Assembly (NCBI GenBank): GCA_950097015.1
Contig: CATNEN010000024.1
Coordinates: forward strand, 6,324,001-6,388,000
Origin: Macrostomum hystrix
Lineage: Eukaryota; Animalia; Platyhelminthes
Length of the DNA stretch: 64,000 nt
Direction of reading: 5' to 3'
The notes under the pieces were generated by a model. It had not been told where the DNA came from. It worked only from the letters and a program-made list of their open reading frames with translations, and searched no databases. This document shows positions 62,755 to 64,000 of the stretch, in pieces (positions within the stretch are counted from its first letter, which is position 1; every line of letters starts with the position of its first letter). The translations under genes were made by a program, and so were the position numbers.

Positions 62755-64000
62755 CTAGGCCCTGCCGTGCACCCCAGTGTGGCTAGTCAGCGGAATGCCC
62801 TTGACGCCGCTGTGAACAGAGTCTGGCGACACTCCGAAGGCTCTCAGCTGATAGATGAAATAGTGCATTGTTAGCATGTCCACTGGTTTGATGTAGTGGA
62901 ATGAGATCGCCGTGGAACTGCAGCACTCCAGGCCCTGCGTTTGTTAAGGACAATAAAGGTCGCTCATAGTTACTATCTATTCTCATGTTTAAACCAGCGT
63001 TATGTATAACAGGTGTTAGTTATCAAGGGATCGGTGAGAGAGGTAAAAAGACATGTGAGAGAGGAAGAGGATTATGTGAAATATCCTCAAATAGGTAGAT
63101 TGATAGGTGACAAAGGTAGATTGATAGGTGAGAGAGGTAGAAAGATAGGTGAGAGAGGTTGAAAGACAGGTGAGAAAGGTTGAAAGATACGTGAGAGGGG
63201 TAGAAAGATAGGTGAGAGAGGTAGAGGGATAGGTGAGAGAGGTAGAGGGATAGGTGAGAGTGGTAGAGGGATAGGTGAGAGAGGTAGAGGGATTAGTTAA
63301 GAGGGGTAAAGGTATTAGTTGAGAGTGGTAGAGGGATAGCTGAGAGTGGTAGAGGGATAGGTGAGAGTGGTAGAGGGATAGGTGAGAGTGGTAGAGGGTC
63401 AGGCGAGAGATCGATAGATAAGTGAGAACTGAGCAAGAAAGGGACGAAGGCGTTATTAGAGAAGGGAGAATGAAGAGGGAAAAGAGGATGTGGAGGGCAG
63501 GTGTTAAGGACTGACTCACCACTTTGATTGGGTGGTAGTTGTACTTCCACAGCCAGAAGTCCTTGGGCCATTTGGCGTAGTCGATGTGACTAGCGGCGTC
63601 GAACGGGTGAAAGCGCTCCCGGCCCTTCTCGTCTATGGAGTCCAGTATGCTCACACCAACGTTCTCCAGGCACTGGCCTGGAGTTGGGATAACCATTGTT
63701 TTGCAATCGTTTGTTCTCAGGTAAATTTGGGATCTAGTCTTCACAGTTCTCAGGTAAATTTGGGATCTAGTCTTCACAGTTCTCAGGTAAATTTGGGATC
63801 TAGTCTTCACAGTTCTCAGGTAAATTTGGGATCGGATCTTCACAGTTCTCAGGTGAGAAGTTGAGATTTAGTCCCCGCTATTCCCGTGCGAATCTGTGAT
63901 CGAATCCCTGCATGCAATTTGCAGATTCTCACGAGTTCGCCATAGACTCACCCATATTCACATCCTCTGCTCCGCCGTGTTTTCTACAGAAGTTGTTCTC
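62755..64000 (-). CDS. C1GALT1: Core 1 beta-1,3-galactosyltransferase (T-synthase), 3' exons, partial
   Basis: Exons >64000-63952 (CRKHGGAEDVNMG), 63677-63520 (QCLENVGV..DSIDEKGRERFHPF..FWLWKYNYHP) and 62934-62755 (GLECCSSTAISFHYI..MHYFIYQLRAFG..stop), with consistent phases. Confidence 0.9.
63075..63410. repeat. 21-bp purine-rich minisatellite in the last C1GALT1 intron
   Basis: Unit gtagagggataggtgagagag. Confidence 0.9.
63712..63857. repeat. 33-bp minisatellite in a C1GALT1 intron
   Basis: Unit caggtaaatttgggatctagtcttcacagttct, about 4.5 copies. Confidence 0.9.

Overview
Eukaryotic (metazoan) genomic DNA with GC-rich spliced exons in AT-rich DNA. By my coordinate estimates about a quarter of the window is minisatellite. 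Genes reconstructed by eye from GT-AG sites and protein motifs are: the last exon of a rhodopsin-class peptide GPCR (+); an orphan low-complexity protein (+); RAD1 (+); a short Discs-large with L27-PDZ1-PDZ2 and a polybasic tail but no PDZ3/SH3/GUK (-); AP2M1 (+); a short Hook/Girdin-family coiled-coil protein (+); class II fumarase (-); a Diaphanous formin (+); and the 3' exons of C1GALT1 (-). Mobile DNA includes six copies of a tRNA-derived SINE, a CORE-type SINE, a deleted LOA/R1-like LINE, a TA-flanked Tc1/mariner-like deletion derivative and small MITE-like remnants. There are over 20 distinct tandem arrays, most of them intronic. The most notable observations are: (1) the truncated Dlg; (2) an acceptor-like AG within 17 nt upstream of the ATG in all six identifiable full-length genes, suggesting spliced-leader trans-splicing, with a fumarase presequence that needs an externally supplied ATG; (3) TAGGCCTA palindrome clusters in 5' regions; (4) intron-specific minisatellites, two of them homologous across fumarase introns. 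The sequence style suggests a free-living flatworm such as Macrostomum, but that is inference only. No CRISPR, rRNA or intact tRNA gene was found. All calls were made by eye with no database searches.
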